Shown: positions 19,301 to 27,968, numbered from the stretch's first letter. The stretch: 64,000 nt of DNA from Bradyrhizobiaceae bacterium (GCA_024103135.1 JAGFIZ010000062.1:24321-88320), one strand, 5' to 3'. Translations and numbers: made by a program. Notes: a model not told the origin generated them from the letters alone.

Positions 19301-21695
19301 CACCATTGATCCAGAAGAAGCTCCAACAACGGTGATCGGTATTGCACGAACGCAAGTAATGGACACCATCGAGAAGAAACTCATCTCGTTGAAGGTGTTT
19401 CCTGACGACTCGCTGAAGCCAATAACCCGTCCGCAAGAAATCGAAAAGTCCTACAACCCACGTGGTGGTAAACACTTCAAGATTGGTGATCCATCAAGTC
19501 CGTTCTACGTCGAAATGGAACAAAGCTTCGACCTGCAAGAAACAGTGAGCGGCAAGGGCAAACTAAAGGTCGACATGCCCAACCAGTTTATGAAGAGCTT
19601 GGTGGACTTGCCCGTAGACGTGTCGGACGTAACACTAGACGCAGATACCGTAGCAACAGCAGGTGATGTGGCATACAGCAGCAGTGGACTCACTGTGTCG
19701 TGGGATGCATTCACATTTACACTCAGCACAATCAGAATACGAGCTAGCATCGGTTGTGGTATCGAGGGCTCCTTAGCTCACTCTTCGCTGGAATCTCCCA
19801 TTCAGTTCGCCGCTGAACTAGGCGGTGATGGAGAGTTCCTTGGTACAGCCAGCAATCTACCTTCTGTCAAAGCCGGTGGCTTCACACTACGGCAAGGCGC
19901 CTCGATTACAATTGACTTTCACCGGAAGCTGCCTGCCGATTCACCGCTTGGAGCTGACTTCAAGGGCATCGTTGTTGGTCAAGCTGAATTGGAGTTTCCC
20001 GAAGAGTTCAGAACTAAGAACTCCAATACTCCAACAGTCCTTGCCGTGAAAGACCTTGGTATAGGCAACTCAGGACTGAGTGGGAGCGTGTCGGTTGAAG
20101 GTGGACCTCTTGCATGGTCGTTCTCGAAGTTTTCCATCAGCGTAAGCAAGGTATCGCTCACATTCAAAGAAAATGCCCTCACTGCAGGATCCATCGAAGG
20201 GGCTTTCTCATTAGAGAAACCGCTAAGTGGCACACTACAGACCAAGATTACGTTTAGTGATTCGTGGACTGCCGAGTTCGAAACCAAGAGCTCTATTAGC
20301 ATTCCACGATGGAAGGCCGTTGTTGCCATTCAGCCAGGTACCAAGCTTGAGTATAACAAGCAAACTGGTGTTGGCACCTTTACTCTCGTGGCCGTAATCC
20401 AAAGCGATCAGCTTGGACGAATACAGATCGACGAGCTCACCCTTGGTTCGGATGGCACGTTCAAGGTCGAAGGTGGTGTAAAGAAGGATGTCACCATCAA
20501 GGTCCTCAAGGGCTTCGACCTAAAGATCACTGAGGTCACGATTTCTGCAACTGCCGATGACTACGAACTTGCCATACACGGCAGTTTTGGTATACCTGGT
20601 ATTGGACTGGACCAGATGAAAGGAATCCTACACGTCACACCAGGTCCTGAATTCAGTGTTGAGTTCACTGGTGGTACTGTTACGATTGAGAAGGGTCCGT
20701 TCACTCTCGAGGGCAACTTCGAGTGGCAGAAGAATGCCTTCTATGCTGATCTCTCGGTAGAGATCACCAACGTGCTCAAGGGAATCAACGGCGTGATCTT
20801 CGTTGGCACTCAGCCAAAGGCCGATGGTAACTCGTACACCTTCTGGTATGTAGGACTCACGGTGTCAACGGCCATTCCGTTAGGGCAAAGCGGACTTTCC
20901 ATTACATCGCTTGGTGGAGGTGTTGGCTGGAACTGCAGACCACCGATTGGTAACGAGCGCCCGACCCCAGAGTACTTCGACAACATTGCCTTACGAGCTA
21001 GCGTTGGTATTGGTAACACGTTGCCGCCACCACCGGGTAAGGTATTCAACAGCGAGTTCGTGATGGTATATGCGCCTGGCTCGATTACGCTAGGGGGCTC
21101 TGCATGGTTGATGGATCAGCGCAAGAGTATACAGGGCGACGGTCAGCTGACCATTGCTTGGTCACCCGAATCTTCTGTATCGGGCTTCCTGAGAATGAAC
21201 ATAGGAATACCCGAGAGTGGCAAGGTCTTTAGCATGCGAGGTAAGGTGGACTTCTTGTTCTCCAGCGCTGTATTCAAAATTGAAAGCGAGTACCTCGATG
21301 CATCCTTGCTTGAAGTAGTCAATGCCAATGCTCAATTCAGAGTCACACCATCAAGTGGCTTCATCAAGGGCAAGATGTGGTACGACATCAACGAGAGTGC
21401 CGACATCGGTGTAGGCACTGTGAGTGCAGGGATAAGCATGAAAGCAACTGGTGAACTTACCTATGCAACGTCCCCGTCGCTCTCACTCACCGGCTCGTTG
21501 AGGTTCTCCGGAAATGCTTACCTATCATTCGAAAACTCTCTTACCAGCTTTGATCTAGCTCGGGCAAAGGTCGATTGTTCGGCTGGCTTCTCGACAGTGG
21601 GAAGCAAGTTCAGAATGGATGCAAGCGTTTCAGCCTACGTTTCAGTTCTTGGTTTTGGTGGGAATGTTGACTTCGATCTAGGAGCCGAAGTATGA
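13302..21695 (+). CDS. Giant (~2798 aa) secreted/envelope protein: Cys/Pro/Thr-rich N-terminal region, ~900-aa continuous coiled coil, ~1000-aa beta-rich C-terminal domain
   Basis: Single uninterrupted ORF. The likely start is ATG 13302 (MRPVGFVLLAFLFAVVATLSQP, a signal peptide or signal anchor). Residues ~670-1600 are A/D/K/E/L/S-rich with heptad periodicity and no Pro or Gly runs. The C-terminal third has alternating hydrophobic beta-strand patterns. There is no T9SS C-terminal domain. The stop overlaps the next gene's start (ATGA at 21692-21695). Confidence 0.8.
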   Translation: MRPVGFVLLAFLFAVVATLSQPLQLTLQIQPNPSPYLSDWQTRKETAFLSVTNASTSTQLVRVDARVFKGAPSGNPIANTKTQQMPILQIDPGVVVFDAADIFPADAVQFQDGVDADATRTGRIPAGNYTLCVTLVNAENVMQPLSQQRCAGFNVQHVLPPQLLYPVNGTVVTTEQVRLLVFRWSRETPPVPGSSTEFVLTERYANQTAWQALSANPPVYQQHVQEGLTQLQWPPDVMLPGDREYVWSVRVVHDGTLTEQEFVDPFTLKVENEGPTDPCTKNTSLSLECKNTNFLVGTPVTLIPIFDGSTECIRAVNWKAVFVGEQTETEVLTSSITDPTTPEAFAESFTFTPDQPGRYVITCSASTVNALSRTTETRVNASYTVDVKGSGQSPTSTPCQLSILYPELPCTGTMHDYHTDGSIEVRYLVAGSFTTLNIEIYENPCGTYDPPYKPENPESPTTTSRPITQGYKKTATLPCPTTPGPSSLRVPISDLIKPGGAYIVGLTGTCVETNQDGSTSTSFVQATESCWRYRPLTTAAVITEHERDGSATDTRETKPRDGPPTDEPPVPTPEIPCDSIPPTITNCGPTQATDPATPIYATLELKDAATYPYPRATPLRVNAIDYDYAIFQCTGCYGGMAEKKIPVRDDIGDISWKLYGKGSLNKPFDASRIQSIDADIAALIKRLAEIIDSIALTTKEKADALDNLYAAQKDAAKAVEGQKTLLKGAKDSLSKVTAELVGLRGRLDSLATTLDSLASRYAVLSDTIVMHQDSIARLDSLLTSPPTAEEVALLSKVDASMKALALAESELRDLQITIASTTESLQKAIRDADKALSAAQLMYSNAQNTAGKGTRKIADLQASLYGTAALRDYRQSRRDVQRSVSVFTAAYSAASHVVPITSLVSTMLDDVHLALESTPAGPRATAAKHLDSTKSLVVGLLSSACSSIADSSTRFSCLDFVVDFVATLDRYSVDAKYCLLHGEILKKGLDLKIKAAQADLSSKESGLEAAASAVVAAQTAHAAALDTYISTIRTLDDKRAAVVTDIDAKRAEHTQAQREYQTVKDSRDSAFEVQQPILLAGRSEFARARDSARREVDSLALRAQVSRSDSIDVLVQVTQLAADSTRQADSIASIEKEIARLNAIIDTKDEKIAKPFDDRLARLRADSADIEDKLKKLRADRESAAGGSKSAAGEFAYYIPPPLEEIMTESSKKRFDELKDSIAVAEGNLAAALAKKESLQGTLARMIEDIANGLAEIKQLEYQKDEAAAKLKEVDGDLADLKNDLAKGFREEYDGLTDEITQAGRDATSADAAYVQAVADASSKTKIADAIKAELDAARMELLPKQVLLSDAIDEYKKKKSTLNDRAVDIAKEQNTLNSHRKELRSANRESKRADDRTRRAIARENTAAETAGRASQSAAKSKVKSTETLITTNKSIIEALGASYATDLTAMLAEDKKVSDAFDEWLKVYNKMTLKKSDYTDAVLQLQVARQQMEHYRGLRDRAEARQELATTKQEEIDHPDSSVDNSGDVAAKQEEREALQNQVDEATQRIDEIKSDIADAVNSKDKLIDDARKGVDDARGKLDEANANLRSFIKAEFEKPIHIDTIEITVHDKVVDGWRSRDKEKVFICHIRYDGKRVPELLCDPFAPVAPSVVTTDGPCVPVVSTDVGAEITSSAPVLERLEPRTIALLYKNGKPLWKEWPVIEEPKLLSKDVVVVNGVAGDADMFIHACAPQVPKCVPPAPLKSPVVDLASREWSGDGTFRHILDRSPRVLWEPMEVTPGVCKKKQLTKAEYRAEEIHGDVKVSTRTLHEVHPGVLVEVTDSLVGWPDHTDTVVARIVMGNHKGLAGEEIVCIPKLEVGSSEDWSLDGKQEKAIRYTDADGYVKFPFKFGKGFAKWSIMVRWVRGDTCERRTLPIISPLNLKFHSFKKNAPTLAWDNAVKIWEGADVNATVDAMTDVTEDNNPYGKMVHGIAGFLDENKEFVNDQTMHFKPVKPKFTIDPEEAPTTVIGIARTQVMDTIEKKLISLKVFPDDSLKPITRPQEIEKSYNPRGGKHFKIGDPSSPFYVEMEQSFDLQETVSGKGKLKVDMPNQFMKSLVDLPVDVSDVTLDADTVATAGDVAYSSSGLTVSWDAFTFTLSTIRIRASIGCGIEGSLAHSSLESPIQFAAELGGDGEFLGTASNLPSVKAGGFTLRQGASITIDFHRKLPADSPLGADFKGIVVGQAELEFPEEFRTKNSNTPTVLAVKDLGIGNSGLSGSVSVEGGPLAWSFSKFSISVSKVSLTFKENALTAGSIEGAFSLEKPLSGTLQTKITFSDSWTAEFETKSSISIPRWKAVVAIQPGTKLEYNKQTGVGTFTLVAVIQSDQLGRIQIDELTLGSDGTFKVEGGVKKDVTIKVLKGFDLKITEVTISATADDYELAIHGSFGIPGIGLDQMKGILHVTPGPEFSVEFTGGTVTIEKGPFTLEGNFEWQKNAFYADLSVEITNVLKGINGVIFVGTQPKADGNSYTFWYVGLTVSTAIPLGQSGLSITSLGGGVGWNCRPPIGNERPTPEYFDNIALRASVGIGNTLPPPPGKVFNSEFVMVYAPGSITLGGSAWLMDQRKSIQGDGQLTIAWSPESSVSGFLRMNIGIPESGKVFSMRGKVDFLFSSAVFKIESEYLDASLLEVVNANAQFRVTPSSGFIKGKMWYDINESADIGVGTVSAGISMKATGELTYATSPSLSLTGSLRFSGNAYLSFENSLTSFDLARAKVDCSAGFSTVGSKFRMDASVSAYVSVLGFGGNVDFDLGAEV

Positions 21696-23659
21696 GAAAG
21701 GTTATGCTCTGTCTCCTGCTCCTGTGCTGCACATTCACAACATCGTCATGGGCTCAAGTACAAGTCACCACGTTCGTTTCTGACAGTGGCGTACATCTTC
21801 GCTGGATTGGTAACACTGATGCATCGGTAGAAGCATGGGTTGTTGAACGGTCAACAGATGGAGGTCCATTTGTTCTGATCACTCCCGAACCGCTTCACCT
21901 TGTGACCTCGTACAAAGAAATGAAGCAACGTGTTGGACGATACCTTGCATCGTACTACCTGACACTTTGGGGTGTAAATGAGGAGCGAGATCTTGTTTCG
22001 TCCGACGTGAAACGCGCGCTGTCGGCCAAGAGCGTAAGCATGCATCTTGCAATGAGGGCAGCCGCTCCAGAGCTAGCTCAGCTATCCGGTGAATACTTTT
22101 TTGATAGGTCGCCGTCTGGTGGTAGCTGCATCTACCGAGTGATTCCCATTACCAAGGACTCAATGGGAAAACCATACAAATCGGAAGCTGTGCAGGTAGG
22201 CATAAGTGACGTTCTACCCAGACCCACCGATATTACTGTGAGCGGACTTGACCAGAGCGTGCAACTAACATGGCCACGCGCACAACAGAGCAAACTCGCA
22301 AGTCAAATTGTTGGATTTCACGTTTGGAAGTCCAGCTCTGAGTACGGTCCTTTCGAGCGCGTAAACCTGCAGACCGTACTCCCCTTGTTTGCATCGAAGG
22401 ATGCTACGGCCGAGTTCACGTGGACTGATGACATGGTTGAGAACTCCGACACCGTCTACTACTACGTCTGTCACGTTCATGCAACCGGTGCGCTGAGTAC
22501 ACGCAGCAACATCTGTCGGGTTGTTGTGGGATCAGATGAAGCTCCCAAACGTCCCGTCAGCGTTCGTGCAGAACGCTTTGGTCACGCTGTTCGACTTACA
22601 TGGTCATGGTCAGCACAGGGTCCGCCGCCGCAACAAGTACACATTCTCCGCATTCAATCGGGTGGAACGTCCGCACGTATGGAAGCCGCGGCACCAACCG
22701 ACACTACATACATCGACGCATTAGCAGGGATGGGCAACGTCTACCGATATGCAGTTGTGGCGTCGAGTGGTGATCATACTTCTACGTCGGACACTATCTC
22801 TTTTACGCTGACGGATGTTGTCCCCCCTTCCCCTCCGCACGGCTTACAAGCAAAAGCCGATACGGGAAAGATTCTACTTACCTGGTTGCCCTCTATAGAT
22901 CAGGACGTAGCGGGATATGTAGTCTTTGTGGCAGCAGACAGTGCGTTTCGCAATCCATTACAGTTACAGTCAACACTCGTTCAGGGAACTTCCTTTACCG
23001 ATGTTGTTGAGCGAACTGCACAGGATTCACGCCAATACACAGTCAAAGCCGTCGACCGCTCAGGTAATACATCAGCCCCCTCCCAGCCATTGATCGTTAA
23101 GCCTATCGACCTTGCGCCACCAGCACCGTCGCAGATTACAAGTATTACGTTGGTCGACTCTACAGTCTCACTTACCTTTACCGCCTCCATATCGAGAGAC
23201 GTTGCTGCATACAGCGTAGAGCGATCTACTGCTGGTACATGGCAGACCGTTGGTAAGACAACGCAACTTCGTTTAACGGACGTGCCCGGTATCACAGGCG
23301 CTATTCGCTATCGCGTGGTGGTGATTGACAGTTCGGGAAACCGCAGCAAACCCAGTCAAGAACGATCGGTTACCATAACACCGACAATCGAAGCACCGCA
23401 ATTGCTGACCATATCCAAGGATACGTTTGCACTTCGGCTCACGTGGAAGGCCGTATCGAATGCTGCTGGCTATCGGATAGCACGTATCGACAAGCGAACA
23501 GGTGACCGCGTAATCGTCGACAACGTTGGATCACGTGTAACGAGTTGGGCAGATCGCTATGCCGATCCTGATCAAGGTTGGATTTATGAAGTCGCGGCAC
23601 GTACGAACAATTGGAAGTTTGGAGTGCCAATCAGTGCCGAGTATCGGCCAAGACAATGA
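21692..23659 (+). CDS. Fibronectin type III repeat protein (>=5 FN3 domains), secreted
   Basis: Signal peptide MRKVMLCLLLLCCTFTTSSWAQ. Repeated FN3 signatures (P..P..L/V......V.LTW........GY.V) recur about every 90-100 aa. Start and stop both overlap neighbouring genes by ATGA. Confidence 0.75.
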   Translation: MRKVMLCLLLLCCTFTTSSWAQVQVTTFVSDSGVHLRWIGNTDASVEAWVVERSTDGGPFVLITPEPLHLVTSYKEMKQRVGRYLASYYLTLWGVNEERDLVSSDVKRALSAKSVSMHLAMRAAAPELAQLSGEYFFDRSPSGGSCIYRVIPITKDSMGKPYKSEAVQVGISDVLPRPTDITVSGLDQSVQLTWPRAQQSKLASQIVGFHVWKSSSEYGPFERVNLQTVLPLFASKDATAEFTWTDDMVENSDTVYYYVCHVHATGALSTRSNICRVVVGSDEAPKRPVSVRAERFGHAVRLTWSWSAQGPPPQQVHILRIQSGGTSARMEAAAPTDTTYIDALAGMGNVYRYAVVASSGDHTSTSDTISFTLTDVVPPSPPHGLQAKADTGKILLTWLPSIDQDVAGYVVFVAADSAFRNPLQLQSTLVQGTSFTDVVERTAQDSRQYTVKAVDRSGNTSAPSQPLIVKPIDLAPPAPSQITSITLVDSTVSLTFTASISRDVAAYSVERSTAGTWQTVGKTTQLRLTDVPGITGAIRYRVVVIDSSGNRSKPSQERSVTITPTIEAPQLLTISKDTFALRLTWKAVSNAAGYRIARIDKRTGDRVIVDNVGSRVTSWADRYADPDQGWIYEVAARTNNWKFGVPISAEYRPRQ

Positions 23660-25437
23660 AGACACAGCTTCGTAAGTACCGTGTTCTAGCCTGCATTGTC
23701 CTGGCGTTTACGCATGTTGACTGTCTGTGCCAGGATAGCACTACCGTTAGTGTTCACGGTACCATTGGTACAACCATTGACGTCTATGGCCTCGCGAATG
23801 AAGGTCGGTTTGTCACAAGTCCACGCAGGCCTGCAACGGTACTCCGCGTCTTTGCAAATCCTACGGTTTCGTTTGGAAGCTGGCTAGAAGTACCAATCCA
23901 GGTAAACATCACATCGCGTGAAGCATCAATTGTGCAGCCCATTGTTGAGTCGCCGGACCTTCTTTCGATTCTAGCCAATCCCATGAATCGATTTTCGATT
24001 GCACCGCGTTTTGGACCAGTTCAAGTGTTCTTGGGATCGTCAACACCGCGGTATTCATCGTTGGTTCTAGACAATGCACAAGTGTTTGGCGTAAGTGTAG
24101 AGGCAAAGCCCAATACGCTTCGGCTTAGCGCTACCTATGGCTTGCTCAACAGAGCGGTGAGTGCCAATGAGCATGGTAGCCGACCAGGCTCGTTTGCGCG
24201 GACGATTATGGGCTTTCGTATTGGCTCGGAACCAACGGAGCAGTCGCGCTTCGGATTTACAATTGCCCGGCTACGCGATGATCCAGCGTCGATACCACTG
24301 ATCACCGAACAGATAAGCATACCTGTCCCCATCGTAGACTCCTCTGGCGTATGGGTGCGTGATTCGGCACTCTCAATCACCACCACCAGTTCCTTGATAC
24401 CAAGAGCTCAGACAGGTGTATCAGTTGGATTTGATCTTCGATTGCCAATTACCAACGAGGTCTATGTAACAGCGGACCTTGGAGGTACCGGTTTCACTCG
24501 CGACCTCAATGCTCCGACACTGACGGACAACATCCCGATCATCAGTTCGCTGATCTCGACCAATACGTCTACGAGGGTTGACGCTGCCGGGAAGTTCGGT
24601 GTTGGGTACGTGTCAAGAGTATGGAGCATAGAAGGTGGGATGGAGTATGCCGGACCTGGCTATGTGTGTTTGACGCAACCATTCTTTGTACCCGACCGAC
24701 TTGACATCACGGCAACAGCCAAGGCATCTCTTTTTGATGGATCACTGACTGGCAGCACAACCATCGGATGGCGTGAATACGGAATATCAGGTATGCTTGA
24801 GTCCGCCTCCAATCAGCTCCTTGCAAACATCAGTGCCATGGCAATACTGAGCACGGCATTAAGCATCAATCTCAACTACATGAACTTTGGATATCGAACA
24901 ACACGTACATCCGACAGTCTCAGATACGAGCAAGTATCACAGTCAATTCAAGTTGCACCAACATATACAGTAGCATCCACTTCACTCAATCATCAGCTTG
25001 CACTTACGGCCGGCTACGATGTATTTGATGACGTCACCAACCAGGCAGAGCGATCACAACGTAACAGTACAATGTCGGTCATGCTTATGTACACCATCAT
25101 ACCAGTAAGTGGACCCTGGTCAGCCCGTGCATCAGGCTCCTACATGAACAATACTCTTGCCATTGGAGGTATTAGTATGCGAAGCGTCATGATTGGTGGA
25201 ACGTACAGGTTGTTCAACGGCGTAGTCGTTCCAGATGTATCCGTGCTGCTGAGTTCGAACGACATATCCGGTGCATCATCGGAATCACAGCTGACGCTAA
25301 GAGCTGGAATTGCAGTTCGTGCAAGCAGAGAGTTCAATGCCTTCTTACGATATCAGTCTACACGACTCTCATCGGACGATGATAGCAGGGCGTATTCGGA
25401 AGACCTTGCTTCGGCAGGTGTTACCTACTCATTCTAG
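23656..25437 (+). CDS. Putative outer membrane beta-barrel protein (~593 aa)
   Basis: Start ATG at 23656 overlaps the upstream stop (caATGA). Signal peptide MKTQLRKYRVLACIVLAFTHVDCLCQ. Amphipathic beta-strand pattern throughout. The C-terminal ...LASAGVTYSF has the terminal aromatic typical of OM beta-barrels. Family not recognised. Confidence 0.6.
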   Translation: MKTQLRKYRVLACIVLAFTHVDCLCQDSTTVSVHGTIGTTIDVYGLANEGRFVTSPRRPATVLRVFANPTVSFGSWLEVPIQVNITSREASIVQPIVESPDLLSILANPMNRFSIAPRFGPVQVFLGSSTPRYSSLVLDNAQVFGVSVEAKPNTLRLSATYGLLNRAVSANEHGSRPGSFARTIMGFRIGSEPTEQSRFGFTIARLRDDPASIPLITEQISIPVPIVDSSGVWVRDSALSITTTSSLIPRAQTGVSVGFDLRLPITNEVYVTADLGGTGFTRDLNAPTLTDNIPIISSLISTNTSTRVDAAGKFGVGYVSRVWSIEGGMEYAGPGYVCLTQPFFVPDRLDITATAKASLFDGSLTGSTTIGWREYGISGMLESASNQLLANISAMAILSTALSINLNYMNFGYRTTRTSDSLRYEQVSQSIQVAPTYTVASTSLNHQLALTAGYDVFDDVTNQAERSQRNSTMSVMLMYTIIPVSGPWSARASGSYMNNTLAIGGISMRSVMIGGTYRLFNGVVVPDVSVLLSSNDISGASSESQLTLRAGIAVRASREFNAFLRYQSTRLSSDDDSRAYSEDLASAGVTYSF

Positions 25438-25479
25438 GTCATCGTTTGCTAACCTTAGCAACACTCTCCTTATGTGCTG

Positions 25480-26181
25480 CTACTCTTTGGCATCAACCGT
25501 CCCATATCCACGAATATCGAACGACTCGTAGCCCTTGGCGCTGGTCTTTAGGAAAACCTGCACAGAGAACACGCCTTGTCTGTCGGCAACGTACCCAACC
25601 GTGAGCTCCATACTCTCGCCTGGCTTGAGCGTCGCCTTTGCTGGCGATATGAGTACAAGCTTGCTTCCGTGGACTTCTGTTTCCAGGGTGATAGGTTCGG
25701 TTCCGAAGATCGACACTCGGAGTGTTCCTAGAATCGTATCGCCGACAACTCCCTTGTTAAAAGGAATAAAGCTCGACGAAAGTTGAATCGGACGTTGAAC
25801 ATCGGCATGAATGTGCAACACCTTTACAGGATGCTTGGGATCGTTTGAGTAGATCGAGACTGTCTTGTTTAGCTCGCCGTTAAGTGTCGGGAGATTCAGG
25901 CCGACATTCAGCGTTGTCTGCTCCCCAGGGGAAATGGTATCTTTCTCTAGCTTTGGTGTGGTACAACCGCATGACGGATGCATATCGGAAATCACTAGCA
26001 CGCTGTCGCCATTGTTCCTGACGATGACCTTCCCGTGAACTGATGCCAGTTCGTTGAGCTTTTGTTCTGGAACTACGGTTCCGAAGTCCAGAGTATCGCT
26101 AACCTCAATTGCTGGTTGTGCAGCAGCAGAAGCGGCAGAGAGTACAATTGCGAATACAATGCTTGCTAGTTTGCAGTTCAT
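25480..26181 (-). CDS. DUF1573 domain protein (two repeats), secreted
   Basis: Signal peptide MNCKLASIVFAIVLSAASAAAQ. The LDFGTVV...G..V.V.N.GDS.L.IS....SCGCT motif is characteristic of DUF1573 and a second degenerate copy is present. Confidence 0.75.
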   Translation of the reverse strand: MNCKLASIVFAIVLSAASAAAQPAIEVSDTLDFGTVVPEQKLNELASVHGKVIVRNNGDSVLVISDMHPSCGCTTPKLEKDTISPGEQTTLNVGLNLPTLNGELNKTVSIYSNDPKHPVKVLHIHADVQRPIQLSSSFIPFNKGVVGDTILGTLRVSIFGTEPITLETEVHGSKLVLISPAKATLKPGESMELTVGYVADRQGVFSVQVFLKTSAKGYESFDIRGYGTVDAKE

Positions 26182-26233
26182 TTACAGTTGTCCGGTGATT
26201 AACACATACGAAAATCGGGAAGTTCAGCTCCAA

Positions 26234-27076
26234 ATGCAGCATCAAGTGTGTGCAGTGTGCGATAGTGACGCATTACAACAGCGATTGGTGGGTAGGACCA
26301 CGGTGCTCGTTTGTGGACAGTGCTCCGCTGTGGTTACGCCCCTTGCCGACAATGCTGCCGTCGAGTACTATGAAACGGACTATTCGTTAACGACCACAAC
26401 ACGAGCTTCAACTGAGTTGCACCGATACTTTCGATACCCTGAGTATCAGCAGCTTGTCGGCAACATCAGTTCAAGAGTCAAGCCACCTGCAGCCCTCCTT
26501 GACGTTGGTTGTGACCATGGTTTCTTCCTTGATGATGCTCGCCGGTACGGTTATCGCGTAACTGGTGTAGAACCCTCCGGAAGGGGGCGAAGGTATGCGC
26601 AGTCAATCGGTCTGCAGGTACATGAGTCAATCAATACGCTGTCTGACTCGTTCGAAGTAGTTACGATGTGGCACGTCCTAGAACATATTCCAGACCCTCG
26701 TGGCTTCCTCAGTCAGCTTTCTCGACACATGAACGCGGAAAGCGTGTTGTTTGTGAGAGTCCCTGATTTTGGGCACTACATATCCAAACTCTTTCGCGAC
26801 AAATGGATCTGGTTTCAGCCTCAGCATCATGCGGTACACTATACTAAGCAGACGTTGAGGTTGGTGCTGGAGCGTTCCGGATTTACCGTGGATGTCGTTG
26901 AACAACGCAGACCCAACAATCGACTTACTAGCAAATCGTACAGACAGGCAATCAAGGTCATGCATGAAGCCCATGGCTTGCCAAAGCCCGGACTACGCGG
27001 AAGACTTGCACGGTACTATCAAGACATCACAGGAGTAGAGTTGTTTGCCATTGCTCGATTCGGAGGTGGTCAATGA
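26234..27076 (+). CDS. Class I SAM-dependent methyltransferase with N-terminal Cys4 zinc ribbon
   Basis: C-x2-C...C-x2-C (CAVCDSD...CGQCS) is followed by a methyltransferase motif I (LLDVGCDHGFFL) and a motif post-I acidic residue. The start is chosen downstream of the ORF maximum to avoid overlapping the convergent DUF1573 gene. The stop overlaps the next gene's start (ATGA). Confidence 0.7.
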   Translation: MQHQVCAVCDSDALQQRLVGRTTVLVCGQCSAVVTPLADNAAVEYYETDYSLTTTTRASTELHRYFRYPEYQQLVGNISSRVKPPAALLDVGCDHGFFLDDARRYGYRVTGVEPSGRGRRYAQSIGLQVHESINTLSDSFEVVTMWHVLEHIPDPRGFLSQLSRHMNAESVLFVRVPDFGHYISKLFRDKWIWFQPQHHAVHYTKQTLRLVLERSGFTVDVVEQRRPNNRLTSKSYRQAIKVMHEAHGLPKPGLRGRLARYYQDITGVELFAIARFGGGQ

Positions 27077-27954
27077 GAGTGTTAGCCGCTTTCGTCGTTT
27101 TCAATCTTCTTTCGGTCGCTGCATACGCTGGGAGTACAGACTTACAGGGTGCCATTGCAAAAGCTCGGCACCACGGCATCGATAGTGCATTCCTGTCACA
27201 AGTAACCAACGTTGCCGATGCAGCGTTTGTTGCCAAGGCCGTGCGAATCAACATCACCAACTTTGCCAAGGCGCCTGACTATAGCTGGAGCTGGAATAGT
27301 GCCAGTGTTGCTTCTGTCAAGGACTTTATGAAAGCCAACGATACCTTGTTGAACTCTGCTCAACGGAAGTACCGTGTGGCAAAGGAAGTCATTGCCAGCA
27401 TACTTTGGATTGAGTCACGCTGCGGAAAAATCACAGGCACATACCACGTCCCAAGCGTTTTCCTTAGCGTTCTGATGTCGAACGATTCTGTCAATGTCGA
27501 CGAGAGTGTGGCACGAGTTCTCAGCAGTCAGAACCTCGACTCCAGTAAGGCCGATAGCATTCGAACCTTGATCGTTAAGCGCGCAGAGCGCAAGGCCAAC
27601 TGGGCAAGGAAAGAATTGTTGGCATTGCAGAACATACACAGACGCAAGGTCATGGATGTTCCCAACCTCCATGGATCATGGGCTGGTGCCTTTGGCTTTC
27701 CACAGTTCTTACCGTCATCCTATAGCGCATGGGCTGTTGACGGCAACGGTGATGGTGTCATTGATCTCTACAATGTTGCAGATGCGGCTAAGTCGATCGG
27801 CAACTACCTCCACACCAATGGATGGGGGCGTACAACACAGCAGCACAGAAAGGCTGTGTATCACTACAACAACAGCAAGGATTACGTCGACGCCGTGTTC
27901 AAGCTTGCCAAACTCCTTTCAAAACACCCAACGAAAAAGAAAAAACGCCGATAA
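27073..27954 (+). CDS. Lytic murein transglycosylase (MltB/Slt35-like)
   Basis: Signal peptide MRVLAAFVVFNLLSVAAYAG. ILWIESRCGKITG and downstream conserved segments resemble the lytic transglycosylase B family. Translationally coupled to the upstream methyltransferase. Confidence 0.65.
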   Translation: MRVLAAFVVFNLLSVAAYAGSTDLQGAIAKARHHGIDSAFLSQVTNVADAAFVAKAVRINITNFAKAPDYSWSWNSASVASVKDFMKANDTLLNSAQRKYRVAKEVIASILWIESRCGKITGTYHVPSVFLSVLMSNDSVNVDESVARVLSSQNLDSSKADSIRTLIVKRAERKANWARKELLALQNIHRRKVMDVPNLHGSWAGAFGFPQFLPSSYSAWAVDGNGDGVIDLYNVADAAKSIGNYLHTNGWGRTTQQHRKAVYHYNNSKDYVDAVFKLAKLLSKHPTKKKKRR

Positions 27955-27968
27955 TCTCGGAGTCACCA

